DNA of 64,000 nucleotides from a virus. The stretch covers positions 96,001-160,000 of IMG/VR virus record IMGVR_UViG_3300045988_135716; one strand, written 5' to 3'. Shown here piece after piece: positions 46,137-53,767 of the stretch. Made by a program: the position numbers and the translations under genes. The notes under the pieces are model-generated. The model was not told the DNA's origin and ran no database searches. It worked only from the letters and a program-made list of their open reading frames with translations. The number at the start of each line of letters is the position of its first letter. The first letter of the stretch is position 1.

Positions 46137-47336
46137 TTATAACAATAGATTTATTGCTTCTGATTTATGCTTATTCATAATGTGCAAATAAATGTTGTAA
46201 GTTGTAGATACATCATCGTGACCAAGAATTTCAGATATAACTTTAATATCTACAAGCTTATTTTCTTCCCAACCTTTTTGTAATAACATTGAACCAAATG
46301 AGTGTCTTAAATCGTGAAGCCCAAACCCATCAGCATTTATTTCTGATCGTGTTAATATAGCTTTCAGAGTTCTTGTTAATGTAGACTGAGATGGCGGTAT
46401 GTTGTTTTTGGTAACAAATACACAATCATCATTGCCTGCACTTTTCCCAGGTTCAATTGATTTCAAATATAATAATTGCTCTCGTGCAACAGTAGACATA
46501 GGAATTATTCTAATAGATGCTGGTTTCTTTGGAATATCAATTATCCATTGATACTTACCATCTATTTTTATGCGTTCCATTGTTTTATTGATATTAATTG
46601 TATTATTCTCAAAATCTATATCCTTCCATGTAAGTGCGTATGCTTCACCCACTCTCATTCCAGTATACAGTATAATCAAACAAAATCTTGCATTTCTTCC
46701 GTAAATAAAATCTCCTGTTCTTACACCTGCAATTGTTTCATCGGCTTTCATTAATGCGACTTCTTTAAATCTATCAGCTTGTTCTAATGACAAAAATGAA
46801 TGTTCTTTCTTTTGTACAGCATAATTAGTTTTATGTGGCATTCTAACACCATTTGTAGGGTTTGATGTCATTATATTTACGGATATCAAATAATTAAATA
46901 CAGTGTTGAGTAGTGTTCTTGTCTTTTTGACGGTGCTTTCTGAATATTTTTTTGATAACTCAACATAATAATTTTGTATTAACATAGAATCTATTGATCC
47001 CATCTGCACCTCTGAAATTTTATTTGTCTTAATATAACATCTATTTGTAGCTTGTAATGTGGCGTAGTTATTTGCTTTAAATGTTGACTCAAGTGAAGTA
47101 AGAACACTATCAATGCAATCGCCTAATGTCATTTTTAAATAATCTCTATTTGTGATATGCATAGTTTTTGATTCAAACTCTTGAATTTTACGTCTTACAT
47201 CTGCCTTTGTCCGACCAGTAAATTCCTTTCGTGAACTCATTCCATCATATTTTTTTCGATACCTTTGATAGACCACTCCTTTCTTAGTAACAGTGTCCCA
47301 TGATCCAGTTCCTTTTTCTCTCCTAGATACTGTCAT
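46137..47336 (-). CDS. int: tyrosine recombinase / phage integrase
   Basis: Contains GMRVGE, HDLRHSF and LGHDDVSTTYNIYLH motifs. The ATG at 47336 is 5 nt after GGAGGTG. The track start is 47357. Confidence 0.9.
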   Translation of the reverse strand: MTVSRREKGTGSWDTVTKKGVVYQRYRKKYDGMSSRKEFTGRTKADVRRKIQEFESKTMHITNRDYLKMTLGDCIDSVLTSLESTFKANNYATLQATNRCYIKTNKISEVQMGSIDSMLIQNYYVELSKKYSESTVKKTRTLLNTVFNYLISVNIMTSNPTNGVRMPHKTNYAVQKKEHSFLSLEQADRFKEVALMKADETIAGVRTGDFIYGRNARFCLIILYTGMRVGEAYALTWKDIDFENNTININKTMERIKIDGKYQWIIDIPKKPASIRIIPMSTVAREQLLYLKSIEPGKSAGNDDCVFVTKNNIPPSQSTLTRTLKAILTRSEINADGFGLHDLRHSFGSMLLQKGWEENKLVDIKVISEILGHDDVSTTYNIYLHIMNKHKSEAINLLL

Positions 47337-47469
47337 ATTTACACCTCCGATAAACATTTGTCGAATTGTCCATACAAAATAAAAAACTTTACTTTTCAGT
47401 AAAAATGTGCTAGTATATATAACGTGTTAGATATATTATACCATATTGAGTGGCAAGTTACAATCATAG

Positions 47470-47543
47470 TTCACCCTTATGAATAAATTTGAACTATAAT
47501 TCACCCAGTATTCACCCTTATGAATTAAATTTAATAGGGTGAA
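47470..47543. repeat. attP P-arm: integrase arm-type sites TTCACCC x3 direct plus 1 inverted
   Basis: TTCACCC occurs at 47470, 47500 and 47511. GGGTGAA occurs at 47537. Confidence 0.65.
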
Positions 47544-47674
47544 AGAGGTACAAACTAACACGACTAGGTATCAAGTTTGGCAACTGAATATTTCTTATAA
47601 AATTGTTTTAAAGCCAGTAAAATCAATACTTTCCAGTATTTACAAGGGCTTTAAAAGATTGATTTTCAAGATAC

Positions 47675-47716
47675 GCGCCTGTAGCTCAGTGGATAGAGCA
47701 GTGGTTTCCGGTACCA
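47675..47716 (+). other. attP core: 5' 42 nt of a tRNA-Arg(CCG)-like gene (not a complete tRNA)
   Basis: GCGCCTG-TA-GCTC-AGTGGATA-GAGC-A-GTGGT-TTCCGGT-ACCA, after which similarity to a tRNA ends. No T-arm follows. Confidence 0.65.
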
Positions 47717-47763
47717 TTCTAAAATGATTAAGAATACTATAAATTCAATGCTAGATAAAAATG

Positions 47764-47826
47764 TTCACCCTTGTTTCACCCTTATTATATTGTATATTTG
47801 GGTGAAACAATTAAGATATGGGTGAA
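47764..47826. repeat. attP P'-arm: TTCACCC x2 direct plus 2 inverted
   Basis: TTCACCC occurs at 47764 and 47775. GGGTGAA occurs at 47800 and 47820. Confidence 0.65.
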
Positions 47827-47916
47827 CTTAATTTATATTTAGAAAGAAATATGTAAAGTCATATCTGTATTACAACTTATTCTTTTATATCATTTGACGT
47901 TAAGATTCAAAATATA

Positions 47917-47930
47917 ATTGTATATACAAT
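47917..47930. promoter_or_regulatory. operator-like palindrome ATTGTATATACAAT
   Basis: Perfect 14-bp palindrome overlapping the TATAAT at 47913-47918. Confidence 0.5.
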
Positions 47931-47986
47931 ATTATATGAACGGCTCTCACACATAGGATTACTTTATTTTCATTCAAACAGAATTA

Positions 47987-48002
47987 AATTGTATCTACAA
48001 TT
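47987..48002. promoter_or_regulatory. operator-like palindrome AATTGTA-TC-TACAATT
   Basis: Second copy of the same half-site, 71 bp centre-to-centre from the first. Confidence 0.5.
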
Positions 48003-48018
48003 CACAAACGTAAAAAAA

Positions 48019-48061
48019 TAGGACAGAAGAGTATCATTACTCAACTGTCCTAAATTATTTT
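48019..48061 (+). terminator. intrinsic terminator with no upstream ORF
   Basis: TAGGACAG-18 nt-CTGTCCTA followed by AATTATTTTT. Confidence 0.55.
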
Positions 48062-48068
48062 TATCCTC

Positions 48069-48097
48069 TTGACTCGCAGAACAAATGTTTGTATAAT
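48069..48097 (+). promoter_or_regulatory. near-consensus sigma-70 promoter TTGACT-17-TATAAT
   Basis: Read directly from the sequence. It lies 22 nt upstream of the GGAGGT SD of 48120. Confidence 0.7.
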
Positions 48098-48119
48098 GTA
48101 AGCATGGAGGTAAGATGCT

Positions 48120-48323
48120 ATGAACACAAATCAATTACAATATGAAAATAGTAATACAAAAAATCTTATTAATGAAATTTATCGTATAAATCCAAATGTA
48201 AGGTTCACTACATTCGGGAATGTAATATCTGAAAAGGAAGCCATGATGTTATATCGTGCCGTATTAAAAAATAGCAATAATAAGAATACCAATCTTGTTT
48301 ATATACCAATGTTCCGTATGTAA
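48120..48323 (+). CDS. 67-aa hypothetical protein (moron next to attP)
   Basis: Track ORF with its own promoter and terminator. Confidence 0.55.
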   Translation: MNTNQLQYENSNTKNLINEIYRINPNVRFTTFGNVISEKEAMMLYRAVLKNSNNKNTNLVYIPMFRM

Positions 48324-48332
48324 GCGTAAAAA

Positions 48333-48366
48333 ATAGGGTAACCAGAAATTAATCTGATTACCCTAT
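48333..48366. terminator. bidirectional terminator ATAGGGTAA/TTACCCTAT
   Basis: 9-bp stem between the convergent genes 48120..48323 and 48373..48939. Confidence 0.6.
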
Positions 48367-48372
48367 AACTAT

Positions 48373-48939
48373 TTATTCTTCTAATTTATCGTGGTCAAAC
48401 CCAACACTCATTAATTTTTTATATTTATCATTTACAAATTCCATAGAAGATGTTACTCGACCATTCTCCATCCCGTTTTCTTCCAGAATTTTTTCATACT
48501 TAACATATGTATCAATAACATGATCATACTGTTCTTTGCTGCATCTACGATGATTCATAATCGCACTTGCAAAATCTAACATTTCCCAACGCATATCGTC
48601 AATTTCTTTATTGATAAATAGCTGTTTTAGTTCTGTCATTTGATTGCTCAAACTCTCTTGATTCGCTTGCAAATTATTACGAATTTCAATACTCTGTCCA
48701 TGATATGTTTCTTGATTATCCAGAAATGTTGTCTTGACTTTTTTTAATTCACTTTCTAATGTGTCTAGTCGTTCATTTACGGCGTTTTCTCTTAATTCCT
48801 TACCAGACTTTAAGTCAAGTGATTCGAGCGTTCCTTTCCATAATTTAGTGCCTTCTACGATCAATAGAAGAACTAATACCACACAGAGAATAATTGTAAA
48901 TATCCCCTGTGAATTTATTTCATTTAATGTACTAATCAT
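48373..48939 (-). CDS. N-terminally membrane-anchored coiled-coil protein downstream of the endolysin
   Basis: TM segment GIFTIILCVVLVLLLIV followed by heptad-rich sequence, in the lysis-cassette position. Confidence 0.55.
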   Translation of the reverse strand: MISTLNEINSQGIFTIILCVVLVLLLIVEGTKLWKGTLESLDLKSGKELRENAVNERLDTLESELKKVKTTFLDNQETYHGQSIEIRNNLQANQESLSNQMTELKQLFINKEIDDMRWEMLDFASAIMNHRRCSKEQYDHVIDTYVKYEKILEENGMENGRVTSSMEFVNDKYKKLMSVGFDHDKLEE

Positions 48940-48975
48940 CTCATTATCCTCAATCCTTTCCGCAAAAAGCTAATA

Positions 48976-50700
48976 TCATTTCTTCTTAATGTACTTAGCA
49001 GAAGAGAATCCATATTTACCTTTATAACAAATATAATACCATTTATTACCATCTGAACCTGTCGTACTATCACATACGCTAACTGGTGTATTATATTTTA
49101 ATGGACTAAAGGAACACTCTAAATCTGCATTAGATGTTCCTGGGCTTTTTCTAACTTTTAACCCAGATTTAGCGGTAATAACACCTTTCCATTTTTCTGA
49201 TTTGTTATATCCTTTTTTTGCAGGTTTACTTGTAGAAGCACTAGGTTTTGTAACAACTGCATTAGGATCTTTGATGTTAGTTTTCTCAACATAACCTACA
49301 AATTTATCTGCAATCTTCACTTGATAACGTGTTCCAGACACGCCAATTACGTCTACTAAATTACCTTTATTTAGCTTTGGATATGTAGATAATTTTGATG
49401 TTCCTGTAGGATTTGCAAATACATCTGTGCCATCTTTTGTGGCTGCACCTACCCATTTATTGTAGGTTGTTGTGGATGGTTTTGAAGTAGAAGATGAGTT
49501 CATAATTGATTTGACGATAGAATAATCTGGACGACAGAATTTTGTTCCAGGGAGATTTGAATTATTATAATGCTTGGAACATACTTCCCCGCCATTGGCT
49601 ATTATTGTACTTCCATTACTTGTATTTCCTTCAATTGTATAGAACTTATCACCCTCAACTTTAGTAACAATGCCAGTATGAGCAAATGTACCATTACGAT
49701 AAAAAATCACAATATCTCCACGTTGAGGATTTGCATATTTTGTAAATCTTGCTCCAAGAGTAGGACAATAAACATATGGAAAATCATTCTCATGTTTAAG
49801 TAATTTTTTCGCAGTTTCAAGTCCAAAAGTCTTATACATACACCACGATACCCATACAGCACACCAAGCAGATCCATTCCATGACGGCTTTAAATCTCTC
49901 CAATATTTTGTATAGTTACCATCCCCAACATTTGCTGTCTTATTATCAAGTTGTGCATTAGATTTCTTTTCCATATATCCAATTTCTGCTTGAGCAGTAG
50001 CAATAAGAGCATCAATAGCTTTATCTTTATTCATAGTATCACTTCCTTGTATAGTTGTTGGTTTAGGAGAATTTATAGAAGTAGTAGAAGATTTAGAATA
50101 GTCTTTATAGAATACACTACGGTCAACTTTTGTTGGAATACCATTTATAGTTGCTTTCGAGCTATATTGCCAGCCAATAACACCATTAGAAGCAGGAACT
50201 CGTAGTCTTTCCTGTAGTTCTCCTGTATCGTTACTCGGATATCTTGCTGTCCATACATCGTACTTTTTAGCACCTTCTGGTAACTGGTTCTGATACCAAG
50301 AATAACCACAGTAAATACCAAATTTATATCCAGCTTTGATTATAATTGCTCTAAATGCTTCAATCATTTTCATCATTAAACTGTCAGATAAATTCTCCTG
50401 ACATTTATCCTCTATATCAAGAAATACTGGATAATCCAGTTTTCTTTTATTCAATGTTTTAATAACTACATTTGCTTCATTTTTAATCTGAGCAATAGTA
50501 GTAGCATAGCTGTATTTATAGACTCCAACAGGAATCTTATTCTCAATACAGCCTTTATAATTAGGTTCAAATGTGCTATCAACAATATTTCCTTTTTCTG
50601 TGATTCTTAGGATAACGAAGCCCATTCCATAACTAGCAACAGTTTTCCAGTCGATTTTTCCATTCCATCTGGAAACATCAATTCCTTTAATTTCTGCCAT
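48976..50700 (-). CDS. multidomain endolysin: GH25 muramidase plus CHAP/NlpC-P60 peptidase plus two SH3b domains
   Basis: GIDVSRWNGKIDW...FLDIED (GH25), WCAVWVSW...HTGIV...EGNTS (CHAP), and two C-terminal SH3b-like repeats. Confidence 0.85.
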   Translation of the reverse strand: MAEIKGIDVSRWNGKIDWKTVASYGMGFVILRITEKGNIVDSTFEPNYKGCIENKIPVGVYKYSYATTIAQIKNEANVVIKTLNKRKLDYPVFLDIEDKCQENLSDSLMMKMIEAFRAIIIKAGYKFGIYCGYSWYQNQLPEGAKKYDVWTARYPSNDTGELQERLRVPASNGVIGWQYSSKATINGIPTKVDRSVFYKDYSKSSTTSINSPKPTTIQGSDTMNKDKAIDALIATAQAEIGYMEKKSNAQLDNKTANVGDGNYTKYWRDLKPSWNGSAWCAVWVSWCMYKTFGLETAKKLLKHENDFPYVYCPTLGARFTKYANPQRGDIVIFYRNGTFAHTGIVTKVEGDKFYTIEGNTSNGSTIIANGGEVCSKHYNNSNLPGTKFCRPDYSIVKSIMNSSSTSKPSTTTYNKWVGAATKDGTDVFANPTGTSKLSTYPKLNKGNLVDVIGVSGTRYQVKIADKFVGYVEKTNIKDPNAVVTKPSASTSKPAKKGYNKSEKWKGVITAKSGLKVRKSPGTSNADLECSFSPLKYNTPVSVCDSTTGSDGNKWYYICYKGKYGFSSAKYIKKK

Positions 50701-50719
50701 AAATTCACCTCATTTTCAT

Positions 50720-50754
50720 AAAAATAAAGAGCCTTGCTATCACACAAGACCCTC
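50720..50754 (-). terminator. terminator-like hairpin in the endolysin 5' leader
   Basis: On the minus strand, GGGUCUUG-8 nt-CAAGGCUC (8 bp including 2 G-U pairs) is followed by TTTATTTTT. It lies 20 nt upstream of the lysin SD. Confidence 0.4.
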
Positions 50755-50888
50755 ATAATTTGTTTTAAGCTATGAAATCTATCTTTTATTTACCATTCAT
50801 TTCCATTTTTGCCAATCGTTTACTAATGAAATTATATCGTATTACATATATAATTTTCATACCATGACCAGAAAGGAGGTGGAAAATA

Positions 50889-51245
50889 ATGGCGTTATAC
50901 GAGATTAAAAATTACATCAAGTTACTCTGTATAAGGGTTGACCATATCGAAAGCTATGTAGTAGATGAAATTAACACTTCTGATGAAAAAGAAATTAATG
51001 ACTTCATCAAAATGTATAAGCATCGAAAAGGTCTAAAAATCCTTATATTTGAGATGACAGATGACGTGCATATTATCACGTATGAACAAATGCAAAGCTT
51101 TATACATACGCTACATGTCTTTGATTACATTAGACAAGTTATTGAAAATGAATCAAATAGACTTGTAGTTGTCAATGACAGCGAAAATCCTGATGCATTG
51201 CAAACTGATTCATATATGCACAAATTATTAAACCTAAATAAATAA
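50889..51245 (+). CDS. 118-aa hypothetical protein, opposite-strand moron inside the late operon
   Basis: Track ORF with an AAGGAGGTGG SD and its own terminator. Confidence 0.6.
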   Translation: MALYEIKNYIKLLCIRVDHIESYVVDEINTSDEKEINDFIKMYKHRKGLKILIFEMTDDVHIITYEQMQSFIHTLHVFDYIRQVIENESNRLVVVNDSENPDALQTDSYMHKLLNLNK

Positions 51246-51253
51246 TGGTTTTT

Positions 51254-51281
51254 AGGGTAGGAGAGAAGTCCTACCCTTTTT
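51254..51281 (+). terminator. intrinsic terminator AGGGTAGGA-GAGAAG-TCCTACCCT-TTTTT
   Basis: 9-bp GC-rich stem plus a T run, 9 nt after the stop of 50889..51245. Confidence 0.75.
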
Positions 51282-51283
51282 AA

Positions 51284-51439
51284 TCAATTTACATTCAATG
51301 CTTCTCGAATCGCTTCCAGATCATCTGTCGTCAGTGCCGGATAATCCGCTGCAATGTCCTCAAATACTTCTCCGTTCTTAATGCGAATTCTGAATGCTCT
51401 TACCATAATCTTTAATTTTAATGCGTTTAATGTCTTCAT
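51284..51439 (-). CDS. 51-aa hypothetical protein (XkdX-position small gene)
   Basis: Translates as MKTLNALKLKIMVRAFRIRIKNGEVFEDIAADYPALTTDDLEAIREALNVN. Its start overlaps the upstream stop as TAATG. Confidence 0.45.
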   Translation of the reverse strand: MKTLNALKLKIMVRAFRIRIKNGEVFEDIAADYPALTTDDLEAIREALNVN

Positions 51440-51795
51440 TATTCATTTCCTCCTATTAAATCTGCCATCATTAAAACGATGTCATCTGTTGTTGTTTCAA
51501 GTGTGTCCGTACGTTGCTCTACTTTGTCCAGTCGTTCCTCTGGCGTAGGTTCAGGCTCTGGGTACACTGGATCATCCACAAGTGTCCATATCTGGATAAT
51601 CTCAGTATCAGATTCTTTCCAACTTGATTCGTAGTGCTTGCCCTCTACCGTGCTCTCTGGCATGTCTGTGTAGACCACAGGTTTATAACCTAATTCCATT
51701 AGCTTTTCAGCAGATGGGTTATTTACCGTACATCCATTCCATGTCACTGTTTTCGGCGCACTTCTTAACATTCCGTTTTGTAGTTTTGCGTACAA
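51439..51795 (-). CDS. hypothetical protein (XkdW-position)
   Basis: Track ORF with a TTG start following GAGGAGGTGA. Confidence 0.55.
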   Translation of the reverse strand: MYAKLQNGMLRSAPKTVTWNGCTVNNPSAEKLMELGYKPVVYTDMPESTVEGKHYESSWKESDTEIIQIWTLVDDPVYPEPEPTPEERLDKVEQRTDTLETTTDDIVLMMADLIGGNE

Positions 51796-51908
51796 TTTAT
51801 CACCTCCTCGTTAGTCCGAAGTATGGGTTTTTATTTTTCGCGATATTTACTTTTGCCTTAATGGTATCTGGTTTTAATGTGCTGTAAGTATTGTATTTCA
51901 TCTCATTT

Positions 51909-52376
51909 TTATCTACCTAATATTTTTGTTGTTATCTTTCCTGTATAATTTGCTGGAAATTCCAATGTGAATTTTCCAGTATTTGTTTCATTTCCGATTT
52001 GTTCTACTTGTCTTAACATTTGTACGGTATTAGTCTGTATACTATTTATGCTTTTTGACATTTCTAACACGTTTACTGGCTTTGTCCAAATATGATATGA
52101 TGTGTCATATTTTGTTGCAAAATCAGCGTTCAATGTATAAAATCCTATGTACGCTCCGTTTATTGTCGGTTTACAATTGCCTTTACATTGTTCTATTCCC
52201 GTATGCTTTTCTATCTGTATGTATATCCAATATTCCTCATGTTTTTCAGCATTGGCAAGATTAAATTCTACAGTCTTTTGGTCTGTTATTTCTTTGCTTT
52301 CATTCAGCAATTCAACCCATTCTTTCATTTCATTTTCCTCCTGTCCATTTATAAGCATCGTTCTTCTGCGGATCAT
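51909..52376 (-). CDS. hypothetical tail-fibre-associated protein
   Basis: Internal ATG at 52376 overlaps the upstream stop as ATGA. Track ORF is 51909..52409. Confidence 0.5.
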   Translation of the reverse strand: MIRRRTMLINGQEENEMKEWVELLNESKEITDQKTVEFNLANAEKHEEYWIYIQIEKHTGIEQCKGNCKPTINGAYIGFYTLNADFATKYDTSYHIWTKPVNVLEMSKSINSIQTNTVQMLRQVEQIGNETNTGKFTLEFPANYTGKITTKILGR

Positions 52377-53080
52377 AGTGACACCGCCCAACTCTGATAC
52401 GCCATACACCCTTCAAGGATGCTGATTTCGTACACTTTATTTTTTTCAACAGTAAAATTGTCTGGAACTGATACATTTGCAGGATGTACAAGTTCTGTTG
52501 CTGTAGCGCCACTTCGGAATACGAAATGATATCCGTTAGCTATGCTCGTGTCCTCTGGTGTTGCAAGGGTGTATGTGAGACTTGCCATCTCTGGAAAGAT
52601 GTACAGTTTGTTAGGGTCTATTTCAGCAGTAGAATCCGAAGATGTCTTCTCTATTCTCAATGTTGATGCACCCTCTGGAATAGATACAGTTACAGCACCA
52701 GCCCCATCATATTCAGCAGTTACAGCACCAGTAAATGTTAATGGTTTAGGATTCTTTAACGCTGTTGGAATTGTCTCTTTAACTTTTTTAATTTGATCAC
52801 CCGTTGCTTTCGCATCTGCGGCGACTCCACTTTTGGTAAGGGTATCATCAATTGTGACGGAACTTTCACCACCAGTTGTGGGGAGATTAATCCAATGAGC
52901 ATCGTAATCATTATTAGTATTTTTTGCCAATACTTGTCCAGATGTTCCTCCTGTTGGAATACCTTCGCCTGGATTACCTTTCTCGCCTTTTTCACCTTGC
53001 ATACCAGTAAGGCAAGGTATATATGCCCATTGTCCGTCAGAATTTTTATATTTACTTGCACCAGTATTAAGTGTTTTCAT
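52373..53080 (-). CDS. tail fibre protein with short collagen-like G-X-Y run
   Basis: The ATG at 53080 follows AAGGAGGAA. Contains GMQGEKGEKGNPGEG followed by GGTSGQVLAKN..DYDAHW. Confidence 0.6.
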   Translation of the reverse strand: MKTLNTGASKYKNSDGQWAYIPCLTGMQGEKGEKGNPGEGIPTGGTSGQVLAKNTNNDYDAHWINLPTTGGESSVTIDDTLTKSGVAADAKATGDQIKKVKETIPTALKNPKPLTFTGAVTAEYDGAGAVTVSIPEGASTLRIEKTSSDSTAEIDPNKLYIFPEMASLTYTLATPEDTSIANGYHFVFRSGATATELVHPANVSVPDNFTVEKNKVYEISILEGCMAYQSWAVSL

Positions 53081-53258
53081 AAAATTCCTCCTTATTAATA
53101 AGTTATTAAAGTTACATTCGTCAAATTGCACAAAAATGATTTTGAAATAATGTTATTTTACGTTACTAAAATTACTTATTTTGTGCGAAATGACGAAAAT
53201 ATACTATTAAAATTTGTCATTCATCTAATTTGTTTTTAAACATGAATTAAATAAATAA

Positions 53259-53747
53259 TTATGCTTTATTTTCTAATGCAGAAATTTTATTTAATACTAT
53301 TTGTAATTCATCATAAATTTTCTTACTACTCCAAGTATCAGTAGTATTAACCACGTCATCTTTTAACTCTGGTATATTAATTGATTCATTAGATGTTGGA
53401 TTGATCCATAATCCAGTTTGAGTATTGGTTGGCATACTATCAGTAATTTCTACCCCACATAACAATTGCAATTTGTTATAAATTTCATCTACTGAATTTT
53501 TATTTTCACTAATTGACGTAGCAAGTTTTTTATACTCATCTGTCACATCTCCATCATATAATGTATATAAATTCATCCAACGTGAATCTGTAATTTCTGT
53601 ATTAGTAGGTATATCTGCTGTAGCAATATATCCATAACTAATTTTATTAACTTTATTAGTCACTAAATCAAGCTTTGTATAGCTCGATGATTTTTTCCAT
53701 ACACCTTTCGGTGTTATAAAAACTTTTCCGAGATTTTTAACAGCCAT
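53259..53747 (-). CDS. short receptor-binding/fibre protein sharing the N-terminal adaptor with 53768..55585
   Basis: Its first 67 aa are about 75% identical to the N-terminus of the next gene. Confidence 0.6.
   Translation of the reverse strand: MAVKNLGKVFITPKGVWKKSSSYTKLDLVTNKVNKISYGYIATADIPTNTEITDSRWMNLYTLYDGDVTDEYKKLATSISENKNSVDEIYNKLQLLCGVEITDSMPTNTQTGLWINPTSNESINIPELKDDVVNTTDTWSSKKIYDELQIVLNKISALENKA
53547..53747. repeat. approximately 200-bp direct repeat copy 1 (shared fibre N-terminal adaptor)
   Basis: Nucleotide-level similarity to 55385..55585, for example the shared string TATAAATTCATCCAACGTGAATCTGT. Confidence 0.7.
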
Positions 53748-53767
53748 TAATATTCATCCTCCTTTAC

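Noticed and set aside
47675-47716. A functional tRNA-Arg gene.
   Set aside because: Only the acceptor 5' strand, D-arm, anticodon stem-loop and 4 nt of the 3' stem are present. No variable loop, T-arm or acceptor 3' strand follows.
47539-47727. Track ORF spanning the attP region.
   Set aside because: It starts inside an inverted arm-type repeat, reads straight through the tRNA-derived core, and has no SD. The region is better explained as attP.
52484-53098. A cluster of overlapping plus- and minus-strand ORFs (52484..52666, 52542..52796, 52756..53061, 52793..53098).
   Set aside because: All of them overlap the collagen-motif fibre gene 52373..53080. They arise because this GC-richer block has few stops in alternative frames.
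53081-53258. An invertible (shufflon-like) switch between the fibre genes. The hint was the imperfect inverted repeat CGTCAAATTGCACAAAA / TTTTGTGCGAAATGACG.
   Set aside because: The repeat matches at only 14 of 17 positions and encloses just about 50 nt of non-coding DNA. No serine or tyrosine invertase gene is nearby.
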